This document shows, piece after piece, positions 13,185-32,200 of a DNA stretch of 64,000 nt. A program made the translations under genes and the position numbers. The stretch comes from Macrostomum hystrix (lineage: Eukaryota > Animalia > Platyhelminthes), in the NCBI GenBank assembly GCA_950097015.1, contig CATNEN010000029.1, forward strand, positions 4,154,001 to 4,218,000, read 5' to 3'. The notes under the pieces were generated by a model. It had not been told where the DNA came from. It did not search any database and saw nothing but the letters and a program-made list of their open reading frames with translations. Numbering within the stretch: position 1 is the stretch's first letter; every line of letters starts with the position of its first letter.

Positions 13185-14000
13185 TGGGGGGGCGGACGCA
13201 CCTTTAGTGGGGAGGCGGACACGCCTCCTTTGGTGGTGGGCGGATACACCTGCTTTGGTGGGGGCGGACACGCCTCCTTTGGTGGTGGCGGACACATATC
13301 CTTTGGTGGGGGGCGGACACGCCTCCTTTGGTGGTGGCGGACACATATCCTTTGGTGGGGGGGGGCGGACACATCTCCTTTGGTGGGGGGCGGACACGCC
13401 TCCTTTGGTGGTGGGGGGCGGACACGCCTCCTTTGGTGGTGGCGGACACATATCCTTTGGTGGTGGCGGACACATATCCTTTGGTGGGGGGCGGACACGC
13501 CTCCTTTGGTGGTGGCGGACACATCCTTTGGTGGGGGGGGGCGGACACATCTCCTTTGGTGGGGGGCGGACACGCCTCCTTTGGTGGTGGCGGACACATA
13601 TCCTTTGGTGGGGGGGCGGACACATCTCCTTTGGTGGGGGGTGGACACGCCTCCTTTGGTGGTGGGGGGCGGACACGCCTCCTTTGGTGGTGGCGGACAC
13701 ATATCCTTTGGTGGTGGGGGGCGGACACGCCTCCTTTGGTGGTGGCGGACACATATCCTTTGGTGGGGGGGGCGGACACGCCTCCTTTGGTGGGGGCGGA
13801 CACATCTCCTTTGGTGGGGGGCGGACACGCCTCCTTTGGTGGTGGGGGGCGGACACGCCTCCTTTGGTGGTGGCGGACACATATCCTTTGGTGGGGGGGC
13901 GGACACGCCTCCTTTGGTGGGGGCGGACACGCCTCCTTTGGTGGGGGCGGACACATCCCCTTTGATGGAAGCGGACAACACACTTTTAGGGGCGGACACA
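13185..14000. repeat. GC-rich ~21-27-bp minisatellite (GGCGGACAC[GCCT/ATAT/ATCT]CCTTTGGTGG[T/G]n)
   Basis: Tandem unit visible with variable G-runs; unit has no stop codon on either strand, hence ORFs in all six frames. Confidence 0.95.
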
Positions 14001-14595
14001 GAAGTCATGGGTGACTTGGGTGAGTGAATGGGTGACGAAATCATGATGATAAAAATTTTATTTGAATATTTGAAAGAGAGGGAGAGATAAAGAGATTGAG
14101 AGATAGAGAGAAAGAGAAGCAGATGCAGGTTTCGCACAGGCAGATATAACATATATTTATGTAATTGTATATATATATCATATTTATAGTTCATGCATGT
14201 TTAACACACATAAATTTAGTGAGTTATAAAAGTTAAGACAGACTCACAAATACACGCACACATTGAGAGGAGAGAATAAACAATATTCAAATTTATTAGG
14301 GTAGCCGAGAGCTTGATGAAATTGAAAAAAAAGAACAAAAAAACTAGGGGAGTATTAAAAAAACACTGGCGAGGCGGCAAAGCAGTAGGAACAGATTTCA
14401 AAGGAGATTATCAGGGGACAGATTAGACACTCGCACACACACATTCATACCTGTGCAGGTAAACAGGATTTTAACAACGATGCACGCGGAGCTAGTGATG
14501 AAGCGTCAGGATGGTGAGATGACTGGGAGGCCGGAGGGGGAGGGGTTGCCTGGCAGTGCCGCTGCTGTTGCAGTTCCTCTCTGTCAGTTTTTATT

Positions 14596-21717
<7,122 letters not shown>

Positions 21718-23335
21718 GTTTTCTAGGTCGATCCGGAGGTCGTTGTCCTTATGATTATTTCTAGAATTTTTATTTTTTATGAGACTAAACGATGCAACTC
21801 TTTGATAAGATTTCGAATCGGAACTAGAAATTTATTTGGCTAATTATCGAAAGACTTGCTCGCTTGTGCGCTAATCGTCAAAGTCGATCTGTTGTTACAA
21901 GCTTATTGAAGCTGAAAATTAGCATGTAGTGCAGATTTAAAGGAGAATTTAATTTTTTTCTAGCTCGTCTGTACGACACTATTTTACAATAAAGACAAAT
22001 AGCAATCTGCAAGTATCTGTTAATATATGCATAAAATTAGGCTAGCTAAGCTATTGACTCTGCAATGTTATAGTCCAAGAGTGAGCGAGCAAGTGAGGGA
22101 AAGTGTTATTGGCAGCTCGCCTCTGAGACACATTGATCGTTCAATGAGAAGCGAATGAAAATATATGCTCTATATGCGGAGTGAGCGCGCCCGAGCAAGG
22201 GAGGGAGGGGGGGAGAGAGTAGGAGTGCGGAGAATGAGCTCCCCTGCCCCCCGACGGGGCGGGCAGACAGTGTAGAGATGGCGGAGTTCAAGAGAAGGGA
22301 ATAGAAGGGGGAGAGACGGGCAGTACGGATAGTGGGGATGGAAAATCAGACCGCCCCAGGTTTGAGGAGATGGGCCTCAGGCCGCTTTCTCTTATCCCTT
22401 CCAGTCCAATAATCCAGGGAGTACGCTAGAGAGGTAGAGAGGAAGCTAGAGGAAGCAGGATTGACGGCGGTGAGCAGTAAATTAGAATAAATAGACGACA
22501 GTGTAGAGTGAGTCCATGGGAAAGACTCACAGCTGTACCAATTCTAACGGAGTGCTTAAGCGAGCGTACACAACACTCCCTACTGGAAAAGGGGACGGCA
22601 ACCGACGGGCAGAGGTGGGGCTAGGCTATGGGAAGTTTTCTGTCCCCATCTCTCTGTCCTAAAATTTTCTCTCCTCTCTTATTTTGTATTCAGTAATATC
22701 AGCGCCCACCCAACCCACTGCTAGCCGTGCGTGTTTAGTAGCTGAGAGTGTCTGCATCTGTCCGTCTCACCACCGCCTGCCCCAGCCGCGGCTAACAACA
22801 CCCGCCCCACCCTCCGCTTAAAGACCGCGAACCGCGAGCCCCGCCCAGGCCCGGGATTAGCTATTGGGGAGGGGGGAAGAAACAGGACAGTCAATGGGAA
22901 AACGAGAAGAGAATACGAGTTTAAGGTTAAGCGGCTAAAGGCAAAAATCCTTCCAGCAGTGCCAAGGCGGACAGGCGAGGGGAGAGAAATATGCTAGAGT
23001 AAGAATGGACACAAGGCTGGAGAGAGAGGGAGGGAAAAGAAGGAGATTTGGGAACATTGGGCACGGCCAAATGAGGCTAGAAATAAGTGCAGCGACAATT
23101 TGCGAGTGGGCATGGGGGTTGATGCCTCAGTACAGCAGCTGCCAAGACGGAGGCTCCAAGCGAAACTGCAGCGGGCGCTCGACTTCCGCAAACGGGAGAG
23201 AAAGAGAAATGAGAGAATCTAGAGAGTTGGAATGCCCCCTTGCCCTTGCTCTTTCTTGCCTGATCCCTGCACGCTCGCTAGTGGTCTGGCTTGCGTGAGT
23301 GAGCTCCAGTTAAGAAGGCTGGAAACGACAATGAG

Positions 23336-26300
23336 CATTAGGCAAAGGATCAGGGATGAAAAGATGGATCATAAAGTCTAGCTACGGAATGGGAAGACCA
23401 GTTTGGAAAACAAGATGTTGTCTTCAATTTAAGCGTGAAAAATATTACAAAATTTTGTAAGAATAGGAAATAACACAAAAGGGGAAATTTAGGAGAGCCA
23501 TATTTTAAACACCAGTTTGACAAAGGACTTAAAATTTTCTTATAAGTCCTTTGTCTAGCCACCGAGGGTTTTAAACTGTACTACTTTTCAGTTTAAATCA
23601 ACACTGTGGACAACATCCTAGTGTTTGCTGTCTAAAGGACAACCACAATCTGAGTTTATCACTGCAGAAGCTGCCAATATAGACAGAGCCTGATGAATCA
23701 GGATTGCTCAAATTTTTACCAAATTTGCTTAAATGGCACTCTTCTACCTGCTAGACAATGGAAAAATAAAGAAAATCTATGCAAAAAATATTAGGACTAC
23801 TGCTATTTTACAACAAAGAACAAAAAACAAAAAACATAGCATGCAATATCTGGGCCCCTACTGGCTCTAAATTGAGCAACGTTTTAAATAGTTCTGGTCT
23901 TTTCCAACAGTCCAATACCAAAATTAAAGCCCAAACGTTTATGGCTGTTCAGTCCATGGATTGTGGGGATGCCACACCCACCTTCACTTACCCCAGCTAA
24001 TGTTTGCACCCATTTGAGAGCTGGGCAAACTGAAGTAATACAGAGTTAAGTGTCTTGCTAAAGGACATATATTGTTTTAGTGGAGTCAGGAATAAAACTT
24101 TTGACATTCAAGTCATGAGTCTGATGTTCTAGCCTATGATTTCAAATATATATATATTTAAATAGACTGATATTTTCCTAATGTAGCTAACAAACTATAT
24201 AAAAAATTTCTGAAAATTGCACAATGTTAAATTGCTTTATAAAAGGCTTCCTTTAAATTGACAAAGAAATATTATAGACAATTCAAAATTGTATTCATGC
24301 CCAAAATCATGCTACTAAAGAGCTATATAAATATTGAGGGCCTCTTGAGAAAATTGAGAAAACTCTCAATATCATTTAGGAGATCAAGCTAATGCATAAA
24401 ACAAATCACTATAGATTAATGAATTGGCTGGGTGTAGAGAGTTGCATGAAGGTTTATTTGAAAGCTATAATATTTATATAAATTTATATTGGTCAAGAAT
24501 AACTGCAAATGAGACAACTGTTATATAGATATAAAGATAATAAATAAATTGCCCAAAAAGCTACTTGGGTAACTAGACTACACCAATGCCAATCAATATG
24601 GATAAATGTAGTCCACTTTTGCTACAAAATTTTTGGTAACATGTCACAGTATTTTAATCATACATGTGCAACCTCCCAAATCTTAGCTGGCCATGCGACT
24701 TAGTTCGTTTCATTGCTCTATTTACGACTTAGTTTGCTCTCATTTGTGATACAAATTTACGACTTAGCTTGCTCTCATTTGCGACTTAGTTTGCTCTCAC
24801 TTACGAATATGACTTAGTTTAGTATATCTACTCTATTCTACTCTTTCTTTCTTTGTTTTATCACTTTCTTTCCCATATTCTCTTTCTTTTTCTTTTTCTC
24901 TCCCCTTTTTCCTCTTCTTCACGCCTTCCTTTTTTGTCTCTTGGTCCCCCCCTTTGATTTTTTTGCGCTTAGTCAATTGGTTTTTGCAACTTACCTTGCT
25001 TGGCCCTTGTTTCACCTGGCTGGTTCACCAGCCAATATTTATATAAATTTATATTGGTCAAGAATAACTGCAAATGAGACAACTGTTATATAGATATAAA
25101 GATAATAAATAAATTGCCCAAAAAGCTACTTGGGTAACTAGACTACACCAATGCCAATCAATATGGATAAATGTAGTCCACTTTTGCTACAAAATTTTTG
25201 GTAACATGTCACAGTATTTTAATCATACATGTGCAACCTCCCAAATCTTAGCTGGCCATGCGACTTAGTTTGTTTCATTGCTCTATTTACGACTTAGTTT
25301 GCTCTCATTTGTGATACAAATTTACGACTTAGCTTGCTCTCATTTGCAACTTAGTTTGCTCTCACTTACGAATATGACTTAGTTTAGTATATCTACTCTA
25401 TTCTACTCTTTCTTTCTTTGTTTTATCACTTTCTTTCCCATATTCTCTTTCTTTTTCTTTTTCTCTCCCCTTTTTCCTCTTCTTCACGCCTTCCTTTTTT
25501 GTCTCTTGGTCCCCCCCTTTGATTTTTTTGCGCTTAGTCAATTGGTTTTTGCAACTTACCTTGCTTGGCCCTTGTTTCACCTGGCTGGTTCGGCCGGGTG
25601 TTGCGCATGTATGATTTTAAATGTAACTAATTTCATAGAATCTAGAAGTGGTACAAATTGTATGCTAAATTGAAACAGTTTCTTCAAAATAGTTTTATAT
25701 AAAACAGAATAAAGATTATATAAAACCTACAGATTGCTAAAAAATAGACACAAAGAAATTGATAAAACATATAAATTAAAAAGCTACAAGCATTGAAGCC
25801 TAGATATACATTTTGTACAGAACCTCAAAATTAGCCTATTAAAATAATTTTACATGTAGGACCTCAGTCAGAGAAAATACAGATAAACAGAGCCTATTAA
25901 ACAAATTCTTTGGAAATCTAAAATGTTTATTTTTGTATGGCATAGTTCTATATAATTTTAGATGCTTTTAGATGCTTAATTTAAACATTAGATGCTTAAC
26001 AAACATAGCCAAAATTGATTGACTTGGTAGAACTATGAACAAGTATTTAGACTACTGTAGATTTATTAACTGCTACTGTATTAATAGTATAAATATGTAG
26101 ACCTTTACCAAAGCAAGTGACTTAATGTTGTGACCAAACCATTAAACTGCAAAAAACTTGAAACTGGTCAGAATCAGAATGTAAGTATTCTATATTGTAT
26201 TAAACTTGCAAAGTACTGTTCTTTTCAAATTTCCTATTATCTTTGTCACCAAAGCAATAGTGATATTGTCAGTGACATGTCAAATTGTAAGTATCACTAA

Positions 26301-26929
26301 GAAATTCAGACAAATACCACTAAGAGAAATGTTGTAATTACTTATTCAGTAACTTCAGTAACTTCAGTTTATTTCAGTAACTTCTAGGATTAGCTATAAT
26401 AGCAAGGTGAGATTTGTAAAGTCATAGTTAACAGCCAATATGCAATGAAAATTATTTTTACTACATCTGCACAAAATTAAACCAAAAGAGCTAAATAAAA
26501 TAAAAAATGAAATTTTCTAATTTTACAATTGGACTATTTTTCATAAAATCATATGTTGATCTTAGCTTTTATTATAGGATTTATACTGAAATCATTAGGA
26601 TCATTTTAGCTGCTGACAATGGCCTTAGGCTTGTAAATCTCTCAGTTAATTCCACTCAATGAAATCAATAAAAATGTGCATTATTAACTTTTATTTCAGT
26701 AACTAAGAAAGTGACAATAAATTCAGGTTCATCATGTGATGCCCCCCAACACAATACTTTTGTCTGTAAGACGAAATTTCCCATTTTGTGTTATTCTCTA
26801 TTCTTACAAAATTTTGTAATATTTTTCATGCTTAAGTTGAAGATAACATCTTGCTTTCCCAAACTGGTCTTCCCATTCTGTAGCCAGACTTTATGATCCA
26901 TATTTTCATCCCTGATCCTTTGCCTAATG
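23336..26929. mobile_element. 3594-bp non-autonomous element bounded by ~155-bp terminal inverted repeats (CATTAGGC...GCCTAATG), putative 2-bp TSD AG; possibly CACTA/EnSpm-like
   Basis: 23336-23490 is the reverse complement of 26774-26929 with ~11-12 differences counted by eye; outermost 27 nt identical. AG flanks both ends (23334-35, 26930-31). Interior AT-rich, no transposase-like ORF. Superfamily assignment is inference. Confidence 0.7.
24469..25591. repeat. 565-bp direct tandem duplication (24469-25026 and 25034-25591)
   Basis: Identical ORFs 24833-25015 and 25398-25580 at offset 565; at least two substitutions between copies; 7-nt spacer ACCAGCC. Confidence 0.93.
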
Positions 26930-27930
26930 AGTCTCCTGACTGCCGAGGACGTTGATGAAGCAGTTGAGAAAGCCACCCACACACCAGAGGTGAAACAGCT
27001 AGGCCTAGTGCAGCTGGCCACCAAGCATCAGCAATTGGCACCACATTTCAAGGAGTTGTTGTCGCGCAAATATTTGCAGTCTTTTGTATCAACCATCCAT
27101 GAGGCAGTTCTAACTGGTGAAGGCTGCAAAGACTGGTTTGAACCTGCCATTCAGGGGTGCATCGTCAAGGTTGCCAAAGTAGTTCCTGTTAAATCAGGTG
27201 ACTTGGTACTGTGGCTGCAGTTGACATTGAAGTCTGGCGAATCAGTCAGTGCTAAACTGAATGAGCAGGCAGTCAATGCATCCTTCTACAGTGATCCCAA
27301 TGTGTACAGCTGTGCTGGCCAAGCAACATGCTTGATGCTTGCTGCTAGACTTTGCGCTTCACTGTGGTGGCACAGGTGAGCAGTACTTTTACACAAGATC
27401 AAATACGAGTTAGCTTGTATTTGATCTAAAAAAATCAATGTACTTTTACTGGTGTTAGATACTCAATGCACTTCCAACTGTACTAAATATCTAATCTTAT
27501 TATAATTTACATGTAACAACAAAATATAATAATTAACCTCCTTAGTTGATGCAGATGCTGCTTGCTGATACATATAACCTAAACTCCAAAAATTCTAACA
27601 AAAAAATTGTAGAAGCAATTGTTGAATCATTCAACTCTACAATATGCTTGTAGCAAAAGATTGGCAAACAACTTAACAACATGCTAGAGCTAGGAATGGA
27701 ACAAAGCTACACTGGATGCTGCTTTCTGTTGGCACAGATACAAGCAAACGGCTTCTGGACTGTGTTGCAAAGTTGTTCTACATGGGAAACAACAATCGTG
27801 GATTGCAGCAACATTAGGGTCTGCTGTTTTTTGACACCAAGGCCAGAGTGAAAAAAAAGTATGACTTGAGTAAGGTCATTGACCAACGGCATGCACAGGT
27901 GCCTTGATGCCAATTCATTGGAACTAACAA
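26930..27930 (+). pseudogene. Spliced remnant of a divergent hAT-like transposase C-terminus
   Basis: ORF 26927-27379, then with one frameshift near 27340 LDFALHCGGT, intron 27376-27612 (GTGAGC...TTGTAG, phase 1), then EAIVESFNSTICL*QKIGKQLNNMLEL...TKLHWML...KLFYMG...SKVID. The EA.VES.FS-like motif resembles the hAT dimerisation motif (S.A..ER.FS). In-frame stops and frameshifts present. Confidence 0.5.
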
Positions 27931-28327
27931 GTGTTTTTAGCAGCACAAAAACTTTTTTTGTATCTTCCTGCTATAGGGGCCTAGTTCTTGTTGTTTTCAA
28001 TTGTAAATTCTTCTGCCTTGCCAATTAAACTCAATTAATCCAGCATTTGTATTTTCTGCTGTGTAAAAAAATTGGCCTACAATGTACTTTATCAAATTGG
28101 GACTGATTAAACTTTGGAGTACACCCAAACTTTTGCCGAAATAATTTCTGGCATACACTGGACACCTTTCTGACTATGGAATAGGAGGGGATTGTAACAC
28201 AAAAGTAAATGTTGTAGTGCCTCTTCTATCTGCACTTTCCTAGTAATTCAAATACATATTATAAGTGGTTGGCCTAAATTCCTTACTTATTGCCTTTGGT
28301 CACTTATAGTGACATATACATTATACC

Positions 28328-29289
28328 TAGGGGTCCCAAATCCCGGACATTTTACAATCCCAGGATCCTGGACAAAAAAATGACCCAATCCCGGGATCCC
28401 GGGCCAATCCCGAGATTGAACAAACAAATTTACCGGAAGCTTTCCATTGTCCAAAAAAACAAATTTCTCAACCAATTGAGCATCATTTGGGTTTCTTTCT
28501 ACTTTCCAGCTTACACTGCATTGATAAAAGAGTTAAAGATAGTTCATATCACTTATCCTTGGTCACTTATTTCTTGTTGTCACAATTGTCACATTCCTTC
28601 CTTCCATCGATGGATTCAATGCAATATATTTCCATCCATATTTCCATTTCCAAGTACATAGAATTGACATTTGATTTGACACTATAGCAGTCAGCACGCA
28701 AGCTACTTTTTGTGGTCAGCAAAGTGGGCTCTTTTTTATCGTATCATTGATTCAAAAAAATGTATTGCTTGCGTTGCCACTGCCAGTTTCCTTCCAGTTG
28801 TTTATCATTTCTATACAAGTTAAATTTTATAGGGATAACCCACCCCAAGGTCATGACTCATGAGTCTTGGCTTTCTAATCCTTGTGCGATGTTCAGCAGT
28901 GTTCAGTGTTCACTATCCATGTACAGTTGTACATACATACTAAACAACACCCTCCTCACCCCTTGGATTAGAAGGTTAGAAATTAGAACTGCATACGCTG
29001 CGCTGGTGCCTCTGCCCCCAACACAGACAACCTCACGCACACAGAGGCACAGACTCAGCAGAACCCAGTCCCCACCCCACCCCACCCCCTTTTTCTGCCT
29101 CATTTCTTTTCCTTAGTTGCAGGCGTTCGGCGTGGCCCGGGCCAGTGGGCCCAGTCACCCCAGTGTCCATCTAGGCCATCGGCCATCGCCATGTGAATTC
29201 CAATCCCATGTTTACCGGGATCCCGGACCCCTAATCCCGGGATCTCGAACACTAACAAAAAGCCGGGATCCCCGGGATTGGGACCCCTA
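28328..29289. mobile_element. hAT-superfamily non-autonomous element (962 bp), TIR TAGGGGTCCCAA(A)TCCCGG, 8-bp TSD ATTATACC
   Basis: Left end TAGGGGTCCCAAATCCCGG at 28328; right end CCGGGATTGGGACCCCTA at 29289; ATTATACC at 28320-28327 and 29290-29297; multiple subterminal ATCCCGGGAT palindromes. Confidence 0.93.
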
Positions 29290-32200
29290 ATTATACCACA
29301 CCCCTGCTCAGGTGGACTGATACAAACTACGAATAGTTTGGGTAGCGTGGCTCTTTGTCACGATGTTTCTGGCCTTCTGCCAGCAATATTCTAGATTTTT
29401 TAATCTAGTTAGGCCCTAGTTTCTGGAGATAATATTCTCAGGTGATTCAGACAAGTTTTGTCAGGTAATTCAGGCTCTCTGGCCAGTCTGTACTCGGGCT
29501 TCCCCGGATTGGTTTTAACGGCTTCCACTTACTCATATGCTCACAAAGACTTTGAATATGCTCACAAAGAGACTGAACTGTTTAAGCTCCAATTTAATGG
29601 TAGACCAAACGGTAAACTCCCTGTATGAAAACCCCTCTGTATTTATACCAAAATTCCTAATGAATACTCCCAGTGTATTTCAGTAAAGTAAAACAATGTT
29701 TATGTATAGATATTCGTAGCATATAAAAATATATAAAAGAATATTTCGCGCGCCATTTTAGTTTGGTCAATGAGGGCCCTTTACATAAATATATAGCTCC
29801 ATTTCTTTTCTTTTCTTTCCTTGTCATTTATTGTTACCATCATTGTTAATGCTGTAGCTTTTATCTGGTAATGTTGCAGAATTGAGTTGATGGCAGATGT
29901 GGCAGTTTGAATGACACTTGGTTAGAGGAACACTTCGTTTCACAAATTCACACAATTCTTTTGTTCATTGCAATGAGGATCATATAACAAAATAATGCAC
30001 AATTGTAGGCCCAAAACCGAAAGAATGCCTTAAAAAGTTGTACAAATGCACATAAAAAATATTAAATTATAACTACCCTGGCCAAATTAAATTACTAAAC
30101 GAATAGTTAGTTAAATAATGTTATGCTAAATAGCAAAACTAAGACTATATCGACTTCATGAGACAAAAATGGACTTCGACCTTTCATTGAAAGGCCTACT
30201 GCATAGCTCCAAGCATAGAACATCAAGCGCCAGGTCTACGTTTAATGAAAAATGTAATACTAAAAAGGAAGAAGCCCAATAAAGTAATATACTGATATAC
30301 AGCAGAAGGACTATAAACTCGCAAGTAAGAAATGAGTGACAATAGCCGTTAAAAATTATTTAAAAAGCAATTTCATTGCTCATTTGACACTCATTATTTC
30401 TATTGCAATGAATAATATGATATTTATAAATTCATTTATCTTAACCCATCGGCTTAGTGGCGAAAATAGGTTTGTTTAATAAAGTCAAATTATTTTCTAT
30501 ATCCGTGTTTTTTCACTGCTTTCAATCTATAAAATACAAAAAACAAATCTTTAGTAGGATTTTGAAGCAAAGTTAAAGACAAATATTAAAAATAATAAAG
30601 TTAATTAGTTTTAGTGCTTGCAAGTTTGTAATTCAAACTCTGTCGTTTTATCAATTTCAGCATGCTGATTTATACATTTCCTTCAAAAAATCGGCACTGA
30701 GTTAACAAATGACGGTCAAGCGACAATTAAGCATGCTGGTTGCTGTGTCGAACTCGATCCTAACTGGTCTAGCCAGGTGCAAAGCTATTCGTCCATTAGT
30801 CCTATTTGTCCACTCTAGCTGACATCAACACGGTAAGGCAATTTTTTACACATATTGATCGTTTGTGAGGCTTTCTAAGATGCATCTAATTAAAATTTTT
30901 TGGTCATTTTTCATTCAACTGTGCTTGGGCTATCCATCAAAACATGAGGTAAGCTCAGTTGCTGGAATTTTAAAGATTCGTATGGTTGTTGATGATTTTA
31001 GTGCTTCGAGCGAGTGAGTCTAGCATATATTAATCGATTTCTAGATTGATTCTGCCATTGCGGAAGCAGTTGTGGAGTATAGGCCTACGAAATTCCAAAA
31101 GACTATCGATCTTCAGGACCGATATATTCATTTCTAGAGGCGCGACTCCATTTGCGAAACAATATTCGCCATCGAATGCAAATGTGCAACTGGCTTCGCC
31201 AGTTTTCAGCGACTGCTAATCGGACTCCCTGTTTTTCGAATCTCGTACCGACGACGCTCCCTGAGAAATGGTCATGCATGGGATTCCAGAGGATGTCATT
31301 GGAAGGCGGAACAATGCCGATGATAATCCTGAGTATGAATTTCGGAGTCCTCCGAGTCCGGCCTGTCGTCCTGCATCCTCTAACAAATGATTCAGAAGGC
31401 TTAGCTGAGACCCTGTGCAGTCCACATCGCAAAGATCATCTCGCATTCGATTTCAATCCACCAGACGGACAATATTTATACTTTCTCAAAACCTCATCTG
31501 AATGAAGCTCTCTGCAGTTCGCTGCATATGGTCTCATCATCTTGCTGTCTTCGCATTCTTACTGTGTGTTTTAGCGAGCTGCTGATGTTGTCCAACGTCA
31601 TAACAGCGTCGCGCTATTCATTCATCGTGCACGAAACAAGTGTTTATAGCTGGAGCATCACATTTGGACACAGCAAACTGACTGTCTCCTGTGGCATCTT
31701 AGTCTCTCTGTTTGGTAGAAGCTTTCTTCTAGACTCATGTTACAGTCCTAATATGCAGCGAAAGCTTTCCGTGGCGTGGGCAATAATGAAGACGGCGATT
31801 ATAAACTTCTTCAAATGTGCATATCAGAGAATACATGTCATGCCTGCGGTAACAGGAGCCACCTGGTCGAAGATAGCTGCCAATTAGTGGGTAAGTTTTC
31901 TGCATAAATAGTGCTTGCAAAATTTAATTTACGTTACGTGTAGGTTCCGTTGCAAACCTCCCATTTCGGCCAGATCGAATGCCCCTCGTGCCTTTACAGG
32001 ATGAACAATAAATGTCTGCTGCAGGAGTCGCCAGCATCTGCAACTGAAAAAATGTCAGCGTCGACTGCAATCAACTTGACGCTTAATATTTGTTCCCGGA
32101 TTGACTTTAAATAAGTGACTCTAGTCACTTGAAGATTAATACTTTGTGACATGTACCACCACTGACCCTTTAATCGTCCGAAAATTTTATTTGTATACAT

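Noticed and set aside
13136-14194. Pro/Gly-rich ORFs in all six frames (extensin- or collagen-like look)
   Set aside because: GC-rich minisatellite with no stop on either strand; frames switch with G-run length.
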